DNA of 20,000 bases, from IMG/VR virus record IMGVR_UViG_3300001481_000036. The stretch is one strand, 5' to 3'. The stretch comes from an uncultured virus (IMG/VR IMGVR_UViG_3300001481_000036) (taxonomy: Duplodnaviria > Heunggongvirae > Uroviricota > Caudoviricetes). Positions 1 through 7,355 of the stretch are shown in pieces; within the stretch, counting starts at the first letter, position 1; the number at the start of each line of letters is the position of its first letter. The notes under the pieces are model-generated. The model was not told the DNA's origin. It saw only the letters and a list, made by a program, of their open reading frames with translations, and made no database searches. A program made the position numbers and the translations under genes.

Positions 1-315
1 ATTACTATACACCGTCAAGAAGCAAGTGTCTTTGTAGCCCTGTTTTCATCCTTTATGTGCGGGCTTATAATGACTACGGTAGTAAAGTTCGCAAGACAAA
101 AGAAATTTATACCACTCTTAGTCGGCGTTCCTTTATTTATCCTAGCGGGGTTTTGGCATTCAATAGCAGATGCTTTTTATTATTCTGTCTCATGGGATAT
201 TACACCATCTTTTTGGTATATTTACATCATAACCGTACTAGGTAATTTTATAGGTTGTAATACCTACAATTTACTGGTAAACAAAACATTTAAACTAAAA
301 GAAGAAGGAGAATAA
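1..315 (+). CDS. Formate/nitrite transporter (FNT/FocA family) channel, 5'-truncated by the window edge
   Basis: Frame 1 is open from base 1 to TAA 313-315. The protein is hydrophobic with FNT-type motifs SFMCGLIM, GVPLFILAGFWHSIADAFY and ITVLGNFIG. Confidence 0.85.
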   Translation: MTIHRQEASVFVALFSSFMCGLIMTTVVKFARQKKFIPLLVGVPLFILAGFWHSIADAFYYSVSWDITPSFWYIYIITVLGNFIGCNTYNLLVNKTFKLKEEGE

Positions 316-317
316 AC

Positions 318-1022
318 ATGGTAAAATTAAAACGGTGCAATGAAATTTCTGATTATGATTCTTGGGTTAAGTATGATTCCAATCCATATTGGAATGAAGA
401 TTGGAGGGAAGATGACGAGGACTCTGATGATTCAGAAGTATTAGTAGAAGCTACGCATACTTCCTCTGCACATTTTTATGATTCTTATGTTGATTATACT
501 GATAGTATAGACTTAGAATATAATAATGGTGAGAAAGACAATAGATCTGAAAGTGTTAAAATAAAGTATGTAGATTTATTACCTGAGATAAAGGTACTGG
601 ATAAGAAAAAACTACAGGATTGGATTTCAAGAATTTCTAAAGGAGAGGAAGAAGGATTACTAGAGGACAATAAAGGTGGTTTTGATTACATTATATGTAG
701 TTTCTTTAAAGGGATAGTAAAGAGAGGAGTTATTACTAATGAGTACAAATATTCTTGGTATAATGATACCTCTAGTACATGGTTCCATGATGTTGGTTGG
801 ACTAAAGCAGACACTTTTGATAAAAATAAAGCTGCTGACATTTTCCTTGTAGATATAATGGATCCCGTTTTTGATAAACTTAAAATAGACTTTTCAAACT
901 TAACTTTTGACGATTTCTGTTATTATATAGAATTTGGTCAGGGTAATTTCCATAATCCAGAAGTGACTATAGTAAGTGAAGCTACTCAAGAAGACTTAGA
1001 TTATATAGAAAGAATGTCCTAA
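318..1022 (+). CDS. Acidic hypothetical protein with N-terminal MVKLKRCNE peptide
   Basis: 234-aa ORF with AAGGAG SD upstream. The N-terminus is shared with the ORFs at 18537 and 19065. Confidence 0.85.
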   Translation: MVKLKRCNEISDYDSWVKYDSNPYWNEDWREDDEDSDDSEVLVEATHTSSAHFYDSYVDYTDSIDLEYNNGEKDNRSESVKIKYVDLLPEIKVLDKKKLQDWISRISKGEEEGLLEDNKGGFDYIICSFFKGIVKRGVITNEYKYSWYNDTSSTWFHDVGWTKADTFDKNKAADIFLVDIMDPVFDKLKIDFSNLTFDDFCYYIEFGQGNFHNPEVTIVSEATQEDLDYIERMS

Positions 1023-1029
1023 ATACTAT

Positions 1030-1058
1030 ATTTTCTTCTTGATTATATAGAAGAAAAT
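1030..1058. promoter_or_regulatory. Inverted repeat (operator or hairpin) overlapping a weak possible promoter upstream of nrdD
   Basis: ATTTTCTTCT-9nt-AGAAGAAAAT. A possible TTGATT(1039)-17-TAGTCT(1062) promoter overlaps it. Confidence 0.35.
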
Positions 1059-1129
1059 TTTTAGTCTAAGCTATAAACAAGTATCTAAAAAATGAACCAT
1101 GTAGGTATCTAATAAGTGCTAAATTGATG

Positions 1130-1152
1130 AGGCGTCCAAGAGACGCCTTTTT
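1130..1152 (+). terminator. Rho-independent terminator-like hairpin upstream of nrdD
   Basis: AGGCGTC-CAAGA-GACGCCT followed by TTTT. Confidence 0.65.
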
Positions 1153-1195
1153 GTAACCTATACTATACCTAACTGAATGGACAGGGAGTAACATC

Positions 1196-3322
1196 ATGGT
1201 TCAGATTCGTAAAAAGACGGGATTGGTGCAAGCATTTGATTCTAATAAAATAATAGAAGCTGTAAAAAAGTCGGCGGATAGAGTTAATGTAGAGATGCCA
1301 CCCACTAAAAATAACCGTCTTATAGAACTTGTCTTAGAAGCTATACAGGATAAGGAGATTATAGATGTTAAAGACCTTCACAAATATGTTGAATTAGCTT
1401 TGGATGAAGTGGATCATGATGTTGCTAAATCATATCGTGAATACCGTAATTATAAAATGCAGTTCGTAAAAATGTTGGATGAGGTATATAGAAAGAAATT
1501 ATCTTTAAATAATACACAGGATGCGTCTAATGCTAATGCTGATTCCGCTTTGGTTACAACACAAAAAGCTATCACTTATTCAGAACTGAATGGTGAATTG
1601 TATAGAAGATTCTTTTTAACAGATGAAGAAGAAAAAGCTATGAAGGATGGTTATATATACATTCATGATCGTGGATCTCGTCTGGATGCTAGTAACTGTT
1701 GCCTCTTCGATATGAAATCTGTTTTAACAGGTGGCTTTGAAATGGGGAATATGCACTATAATGAGCCTAAAAGTATAGGTGTTGCATTCTCTGTTATGTT
1801 AGATGTTATATTTAATGCAGGATCTAGTCAATATGGTGGCTTCACTGTATCAGAAGTTGATAAGTTACTAGCGCCTTATGCAGAAAGGTCTTATAATGAA
1901 TATATTAAAGAATATGAAAGTATTAAAGGAATGGATGACCTTAAAGGTGCTGATGAGTATGCTACTAAGAAATTAAAAAGAGAGATTGAACAACATGTAC
2001 AAGCTATGGAGATGAAGCTAAATTCATGTGAGACCTCTCGTGGCGATTATATCTTTACCTCTATTTCTTTTGGTCTTTCTAAGGATCGCTTTGGGCAAAT
2101 AATATCCTCTGCTATACTTAAAGTAAGAAAAGAAGGACAGGGTAAAGATGGTTTTAAACGTCCTGTGTTATTCCCCAAACTTACTTTTATGTATGATGAA
2201 AATCTACATGGTGAAGGAAAAGAATTAGAGTGGTTATTCTTAGAAGCGGTAGATTGTACTATGAAAGCACAATACCCAGACTTTCTTTCTATGACAGGTG
2301 ATGGGTATGCACCTTCTATTTATAAAAAGTATGGTGTTACTATTAGCCGTATGGGATGCAGAGCCAATCTATCCCCGTGGTATGAGAGAGGTGGTATAGA
2401 GCCCGCAGATGAAAATGATAAACCTGTTTATGAGGGTAGGTTTAATATGGGAGCTATCTCATTGAATTTCCCAATGATAGTAGCAAAGGCTAAAGAGGAA
2501 AGTAAAGATTTCTTTAAAGTATTGGAGTATTACTTAGATCTTTGTCGTAAAATTCATCTTCGCACCTTAGAATATTTCTCACACAAAAAAGCAGGTATAA
2601 ATCCATTAGCTTTCTGTCAGGGAGGCTTCTATAAAGGTCATAAAGATCCTGATGAAGAATTAGGAAAAGATTTTCTTAAACCTTGTACAGTGTCTTTTGG
2701 TATTACAGCTCTTAATGAAGCTACAGTAATGTATAATGGTAAATCAATATATAAAGATAAATCAGAGTTTGCATCTCAGGTTTTACAGTTTATAAATGAT
2801 TATGCAAATAAGCATAAAAAAGAAGATGGCGTACTATATGCTATTTATGGAACTCCCGCAGAATCATTAGCTTCATTACAAGTAAAACAATTCCGTAAAA
2901 AGTATGGTGTTATTAAAGGTGTATCTGATAGGGAGTATATGTCAAACTCTTTTCACATGCACGTATCCGAGGATATAACCCCAATAGAAAAGCAGGATGC
3001 AGAATACAAATGTTTCCATCTTTGTAATGGCGGAAACATAATGTACAATAGGTTTACTTCCGAATATAACAAAGACTCTTTTGTAGCTTTAATTCGTAGA
3101 GCTATGAAACTAGGGTATTACTATGGATGTAATCAATCAAAAGATTATTGTAAAAATTGCGGTAAAGAGTTTATTGATTTAGACCAATGTCCTAATTGTG
3201 GTAGTGAGGATATTGTGCGTATAGAACGTGTTTGCGGCTACCTAGGGATGTCCAGAGTAGGTGATAAAACAAGAATGAATGATGGAAAATTAGCAGAAAT
3301 AGCAGATAGAAAATCTATGTAA
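1196..3322 (+). CDS. nrdD: Anaerobic (class III) ribonucleoside-triphosphate reductase with N-terminal ATP-cone
   Basis: ATP-cone (VQIRKKTG..FDSNKIIEAV), YIHD, SNCC, SRMGCR finger loop, YGTPAES, SNSFH, Zn site CKNC..CPNC and glycyl-radical motif RVCGYLG. GGGAG SD. Confidence 0.98.
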   Translation: MVQIRKKTGLVQAFDSNKIIEAVKKSADRVNVEMPPTKNNRLIELVLEAIQDKEIIDVKDLHKYVELALDEVDHDVAKSYREYRNYKMQFVKMLDEVYRKKLSLNNTQDASNANADSALVTTQKAITYSELNGELYRRFFLTDEEEKAMKDGYIYIHDRGSRLDASNCCLFDMKSVLTGGFEMGNMHYNEPKSIGVAFSVMLDVIFNAGSSQYGGFTVSEVDKLLAPYAERSYNEYIKEYESIKGMDDLKGADEYATKKLKREIEQHVQAMEMKLNSCETSRGDYIFTSISFGLSKDRFGQIISSAILKVRKEGQGKDGFKRPVLFPKLTFMYDENLHGEGKELEWLFLEAVDCTMKAQYPDFLSMTGDGYAPSIYKKYGVTISRMGCRANLSPWYERGGIEPADENDKPVYEGRFNMGAISLNFPMIVAKAKEESKDFFKVLEYYLDLCRKIHLRTLEYFSHKKAGINPLAFCQGGFYKGHKDPDEELGKDFLKPCTVSFGITALNEATVMYNGKSIYKDKSEFASQVLQFINDYANKHKKEDGVLYAIYGTPAESLASLQVKQFRKKYGVIKGVSDREYMSNSFHMHVSEDITPIEKQDAEYKCFHLCNGGNIMYNRFTSEYNKDSFVALIRRAMKLGYYYGCNQSKDYCKNCGKEFIDLDQCPNCGSEDIVRIERVCGYLGMSRVGDKTRMNDGKLAEIADRKSM

Positions 3323-3335
3323 ATAGGGAGACTTT

Positions 3336-3818
3336 ATGAACTATCATAACATTCTTCATTGTAATGAGAATAATGGTACTGGGTTACGTGTAGTATTATT
3401 CGTATCTGGCTGTTCTCATAATTGTAAAGGCTGTCATAATCCACAAACACATGATCCTTGTTCTGGAATACCCTTCACTGAGGAAGCTAAGAAAGAAATA
3501 TTCCAAGAATTAGAGCAGGAATGGTGTACTGGATTAACACTAACAGGTGGAGATCCTTTATTCCCTGATAATCGACCTATTATTCTTTCCTTAGTAAAAG
3601 AAATAAAAGAGAGATTCCCTAATAAAACCATTTGGATTTATACTGGTTATCTTTATGATTCCATTAAAGAATGGCTTGGAGTAAAGGAAATTCTAAAATA
3701 CTGCGATGTTATTGTAGATGGCCCATTTATAGAGGAACAAAAAGAATATGGGTTACAATGGCGCGGATCAAAAAATCAACGTGTCATAGAATTAAATACA
3801 GGTAATTCACTCGTTTAA
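3336..3818 (+). CDS. nrdG: Anaerobic RNR activating radical SAM protein
   Basis: NGTGLRVVLFVSGCSHNCKGCHNP (CxxxCxxC), TGGDPL, VDGPF and WRGSKNQRVI. Lies directly after nrdD. Confidence 0.97.
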   Translation: MNYHNILHCNENNGTGLRVVLFVSGCSHNCKGCHNPQTHDPCSGIPFTEEAKKEIFQELEQEWCTGLTLTGGDPLFPDNRPIILSLVKEIKERFPNKTIWIYTGYLYDSIKEWLGVKEILKYCDVIVDGPFIEEQKEYGLQWRGSKNQRVIELNTGNSLV

Positions 3819-3829
3819 ATAATCCCCCT

Positions 3830-3880
3830 AAAGGCTAATAACCACCTTTCTAAATAAGATGGTTATTAGCCTTTTCTTTT
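3830..3880 (+). terminator. Terminator after nrdG
   Basis: 15-bp stem AAAGGCTAATAACCA / TGGTTATTAGCCTTT followed by TCTTTT. Confidence 0.8.
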
Positions 3881-3894
3881 ATATGGAGGTATTC

Positions 3895-3942
3895 ATGCAA
3901 ACATTAAGAAAAAGTGTGGACAAAGACCCGACACACCCATAA
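3895..3942 (+). CDS. Possible 15-aa peptide MQTLRKSVDKDPTHP (or gene relic)
   Basis: GGAGGT SD just upstream of the ATG, with an early TAA stop. Confidence 0.3.
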   Translation: MQTLRKSVDKDPTHP

Positions 3943-4014
3943 CACTTATGTTCACACAACGTAGAACAGTACCGATTATTAAGGGGTAGAATATATTAAC
4001 CATCTTATATGATT

Positions 4015-4138
4015 CTATACTTTCAGTTAATTACCTAAGAATATACACACTATAAAATTCAAGGGTAATTAGAGTATAGTTTCAGAAAACACTGAAACGA
4101 CCCAGTGGGAAACCATCTTCCACTGGGTCTTGTTTTTT
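4015..4138 (+). ncRNA. Candidate structured non-coding RNA ending in a strong terminator
   Basis: Nested stems CTATACT/AGTATAG and TAATTACC/GGTAATTA, hairpin GTTTCAG/CTGAAAC (4079-4098), then GACCCAGTGG/CCACTGGGTC plus TTGTTTTTT. Confidence 0.4.
4099..4138 (+). terminator. Strong Rho-independent terminator
   Basis: Stem GACCCAGTGGGA / TTCCACTGGGTC followed by a U-rich tail. Confidence 0.8.
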
Positions 4139-4219
4139 ACTCAAAAAACGCCCTCAAACCCGCACCACATCTAAGAATCCGAGTGATTTTAAAAATTTGA
4201 AAATTTTGATCATTTTTTG

Positions 4220-4228
4220 TGTTACTAT
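4220..4228 (+). promoter_or_regulatory. Possible extended -10 promoter for the accessory array
   Basis: TG-T-TACTAT preceded by a very AT-rich tract (TTGAAA at 4197). Confidence 0.35.
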
Positions 4229-4357
4229 TGCAGGTGGGAGAGATACAGTAGTTCTAGGTAAATATACCTGAAGTATTGGGGTATTAATCCTGATGAGGTT
4301 GAAGGTATAGACAACCTAAAGTTATTCACGTTATAGAGGACTGGGGAGACAGCTTTT

Positions 4358-4741
4358 ATGAGTAATTCAGCAAGAAAAAAAGAAACAGAATTAAAAACCA
4401 TTCATACACTTTCTTATGAGGTAATGGATTGTAGAACACATCTTGTGTCAGAGACAGTGGCAACGTATCCTAGTTATGATGCTTGTTTAGACAAGTTCTA
4501 TGCTATACTCAATGAAGCTAAACATGCTAAAATTGATTTGGTTGTTCGTGATGGATTAGGAACGCCTATATTTAGAACATCTCTTTTGGATATGAGTTTT
4601 GTTGATAGAGATTTTAAAGGTCAACTCTATAGTGATCCTTATGGTTGGTTTGGCACTCCATCTGTCTATAATGCTGATTATAAGGATGCACCTAATAGTG
4701 GTTATGAGTTTTACACAAAACCAACTAAACAATGGAGTTAA
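4358..4741 (+). CDS. Hypothetical protein
   Basis: 127-aa ORF with GGGGAG SD. Confidence 0.8.
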   Translation: MSNSARKKETELKTIHTLSYEVMDCRTHLVSETVATYPSYDACLDKFYAILNEAKHAKIDLVVRDGLGTPIFRTSLLDMSFVDRDFKGQLYSDPYGWFGTPSVYNADYKDAPNSGYEFYTKPTKQWS

Positions 4742-4744
4742 TTA
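4721..4744 (+). repeat. Leader/RBS direct repeat, copy 1 (no ATG)
   Basis: CCAACTAAACAATGGAGTTAATTA, 22/24 identical to 5547-5570. Confidence 0.8.
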
Positions 4745-4811
4745 ATAAGGTAGGTGGGTAGTTCACATAAATCCCCACAGACCAACTTTACAAAAATTAA
4801 AGGAGTTAGTT

Positions 4812-5522
4812 ATGGCAGGAATAGACAAAATATATTTAAAAAATTATACTGAGTATGAACATCTTAAGATTTTCTTAGAGAGATGTGATTCTGAGTTCTT
4901 AAAGGGATATAATTATAGCTTGTTCGGAATGTTATATGAGTTAGGCAGTTCTTATTTTAATGGGATTGATGAACATCCAGTCTCGAATTTCTCTCTAGCG
5001 GCTGATGTGTTTATTATTCATCACTTTTTAGATGAAGATATTAGCTCTATGCCTAATGTGTGGAATAGATTAAAAGAACAGTATGGTGATGATTTTGAGT
5101 TAATTAGAAATCACACTTCTTGTTATGATAAATATAGAGTAGATTTATCAGGATGTAAGATTAAATTAGTGAAGTCTTCTAATAATAAGACACTTAGACA
5201 CATCAAACGGGAACATTGGTCACATTGTTCTATTCATTTTGTCGGAAATAAGACTGCTTTTAAAAAGAAAATAATCATAACTTATCCAGAGTTTAATTAT
5301 TTCTATAGATGTTTCTATGATTGGGGAAATGGATGTAAGTATGACAGATATGATCCAGTAAACAACAACTGCTTTTGTGAAGAAACGTCTATGAAACAAA
5401 TTATTAAATATATAACAAATTCAGGTTTAAAGAAAGATGATACTATTCTTGTTCATTGTTGGGACTTAAATAATGATGGAGAATATGAGAAAGAAGCCGA
5501 GTATGAGTTTATTGTTGTTTAA
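4812..5522 (+). CDS. Hypothetical phage protein
   Basis: 236-aa ORF with AAGGAG SD. Confidence 0.85.
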   Translation: MAGIDKIYLKNYTEYEHLKIFLERCDSEFLKGYNYSLFGMLYELGSSYFNGIDEHPVSNFSLAADVFIIHHFLDEDISSMPNVWNRLKEQYGDDFELIRNHTSCYDKYRVDLSGCKIKLVKSSNNKTLRHIKREHWSHCSIHFVGNKTAFKKKIIITYPEFNYFYRCFYDWGNGCKYDRYDPVNNNCFCEETSMKQIIKYITNSGLKKDDTILVHCWDLNNDGEYEKEAEYEFIVV

Positions 5523-5546
5523 GGAATTATCTTTGGTTAAAACACA

Positions 5547-5570
5547 CCAACTAAACAAAGGAGTTAGTTA
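5547..5570 (+). repeat. Leader/RBS direct repeat, copy 2
   Basis: CCAACTAAACAAAGGAGTTAGTTA, running into the ATG at 5570. Confidence 0.8.
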
Positions 5571-5803
5571 TGCTTCATTATCCAACTCTGCCGAAACATA
5601 AATCCAAAAGAAAACTAAAGAAATATAGCCATTCTAAATTAAGAAAAGATAAAGCATTCTGTGGCAGGAAGGTGTACACCTATAATATTGGAGATTATTG
5701 CTACCTCACATCAAATCCAAAACAAAAAGGAGCAAAAGCATATCCCTATAAGTATGCTTTGTGGTTAATCAGATATTACAATGGCGTTATGGATAGGAGA
5801 TGA
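5570..5803 (+). CDS. Small basic hypothetical protein
   Basis: 77-aa K-rich ORF with AAGGAG SD. Confidence 0.8.
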   Translation: MLHYPTLPKHKSKRKLKKYSHSKLRKDKAFCGRKVYTYNIGDYCYLTSNPKQKGAKAYPYKYALWLIRYYNGVMDRR

Positions 5804-5805
5804 TT

Positions 5806-5995
5806 ATGGATGAAATGATAAAATTAAGTGATGAAGATTTTGAAGAATATCGTGAGATATTTCAGGATGTCCTAGCATTGCGTGGAGATTTTAGATTACC
5901 AAGAATTATCTGATGCCATATATGATATTCAGGAACCGTTAGATGCACTCTTTAAGGCTTTAAAGAAAATAGTTATTGATCAGAAACAAAAATAA
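5806..5995 (+). pseudogene. Frameshifted small helical protein (62 aa if one T is removed from the run at 5889-5892)
   Basis: AGGAG SD plus ATG 5806 gives MDEMIKLSDEDFEEYREIFQDVLALRGD and stops at TGA 5911. The +1 frame continues DYQELSDAIYDIQEPLDALFKALKKIVIDQKQK to TAA 5993-5995. Confidence 0.6.
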
Positions 5996-6052
5996 AAAAT
6001 AACAAAAACTGATTGCAAAAATCGAAAATAAGCTGTATAAAGAATAAAGAGA
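5971..6052 (+). promoter_or_regulatory. Promoter-containing repeat cassette, copy 1
   Basis: TTGCAA(6013)-17bp-TATAAA(6036) with an A-rich upstream element. Near-duplicate of 7204-7283. Confidence 0.75.
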
Positions 6053-6142
6053 GTGATGGTTGACGTTATCTTCGAGAAACACAATCATCGTTTGAAACTA
6101 ACTAATCAGTAATGGTGCTGATTAAACTAGGGAGATAAAGGT

Positions 6143-7243
6143 ATGAGAGAAAGGAAAGAGTTAGAAGGTGTAATTTCTTGTTGGAATGAGATATATCCAA
6201 ATAGGAAAAATCAGCCAACTTTGTTATTTGTAACAGATACAATATTACAAAGCATTGCTAAGGATTTAGGGTTTGTAATATGTGAAGAAAATGATAAAAC
6301 ACTTACATTTAAGTGTTTGAATTTTCCTTTAATCGGTGAGCTAGACCTTAATAAGAAAGCGAAAAATTTATCTCTATTTTTCGATCTTAATCCATATTCT
6401 TTAGTTATAAATGGAGAAGAGAGAAGTAGAGAATATACGATTACTGCATTTAAGTGTGACTTGAAGCATCGTGTAGCAGAGTTTGTATTTCTACATTATG
6501 TTGATTTACAGAAACAATTAATATCTTTACAGAAAGCATATTTAGGGTTTAGTATACAAAGTATGTATATGAATCATGTAGACACAAAGTTTGTATTAGA
6601 TTTTAATGGTATGTTTAATAAAGCAGAGTTGCTATTAAACAATATACATATACATCTAAGTAACCTTATAGGAACATCTTATTTTAGCAATTCAGTTTAT
6701 AGCTTAACAAGTAATTTTAGATGTGTACCAAAAGTATCATCTGATGGTTCATCACACAGCAATATAACATTATGTGTAAATGTTATTCCTGTTGTTGAAA
6801 AGTTAGAAAATAGAAAATGCTTTGATGCTGTTCATTCTTTTGTGAAAGAAAGACTAAAAGAACAGTATAAGGAATATTCATTAAAGGATTTAGAAAACAG
6901 AAAAGCGAATATTTCTTCCACAGATACTAGGTGTGTTTCATTTCCAGATACACTTATTCTTAATGAAACGACATTTAAAAATGTATTTCCAGACAGGCTT
7001 TTACCTGAATGGAGTTTAATGTGGGGTATGTGTTCTATATATATTACTGAAGATATATCAGATGGTCATATATTATTTATTAGTTCTTCTGATGATATGC
7101 GAAACCCTATCTGCATTGATAAAGAAAATAATAGGTATTATGTAAATGAAACAAGTAGAGATATTCTCGCTTTTAATGTTTCTATTAAAAGTAAAGATGA
7201 ATTAGTTATTGATCAGAAACTAGTAGAAAATAATAAAAACTGA
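6143..7243 (+). CDS. Hypothetical mosaic protein, possibly containing virion-protein-like fragments
   Basis: 366-aa ORF downstream of a promoter and hairpin leader. Confidence 0.85.
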   Translation: MRERKELEGVISCWNEIYPNRKNQPTLLFVTDTILQSIAKDLGFVICEENDKTLTFKCLNFPLIGELDLNKKAKNLSLFFDLNPYSLVINGEERSREYTITAFKCDLKHRVAEFVFLHYVDLQKQLISLQKAYLGFSIQSMYMNHVDTKFVLDFNGMFNKAELLLNNIHIHLSNLIGTSYFSNSVYSLTSNFRCVPKVSSDGSSHSNITLCVNVIPVVEKLENRKCFDAVHSFVKERLKEQYKEYSLKDLENRKANISSTDTRCVSFPDTLILNETTFKNVFPDRLLPEWSLMWGMCSIYITEDISDGHILFISSSDDMRNPICIDKENNRYYVNETSRDILAFNVSIKSKDELVIDQKLVENNKN

Positions 7244-7283
7244 TTGTAAAAATCGGAACTAAGCTGTATTTAGAATAAAGAGA
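7204..7283 (+). promoter_or_regulatory. Promoter-containing repeat cassette, copy 2
   Basis: TTGTAA(7244)-17bp-TATTTA(7267). Shares AGTTATTGATCAGAAAC, AAAAACTGATTG, AAAAATCG, TAAGCTGTAT and AGAATAAAGAGA with copy 1. Confidence 0.7.
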
Positions 7284-7350
7284 ACCTGTTTGGTTCTCTT
7301 TTTGTTACTGGATGGTATTCCAGACTCCCGTTGGAGACTCACATTTGAGG
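7277..7350 (+). other. Four-hairpin structured 5' leader
   Basis: AAAGAGAACC/GGTTCTCTTT, CTGGA/TCCAG, CTCC/GGAG and CTCA/TGAG. The last hairpin overlaps the GAGG SD. Confidence 0.55.
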
Positions 7351-7355
7351 TAAGT

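Noticed and set aside
1023..1195. NrdR boxes upstream of nrdD
   Set aside because: No convincing tandem match to the acaCwAtATaTwGtg consensus.
1196..3818. Intron, intein or homing endonuclease in nrdD/nrdG
   Set aside because: Both ORFs are continuous and of normal length, with no insertion visible.
7290..7355. Track start at 7290 for the PLMP fusion
   Set aside because: Non-ATG start inside the hairpin leader. ATG 7356 has an SD and coincides with the domain start.
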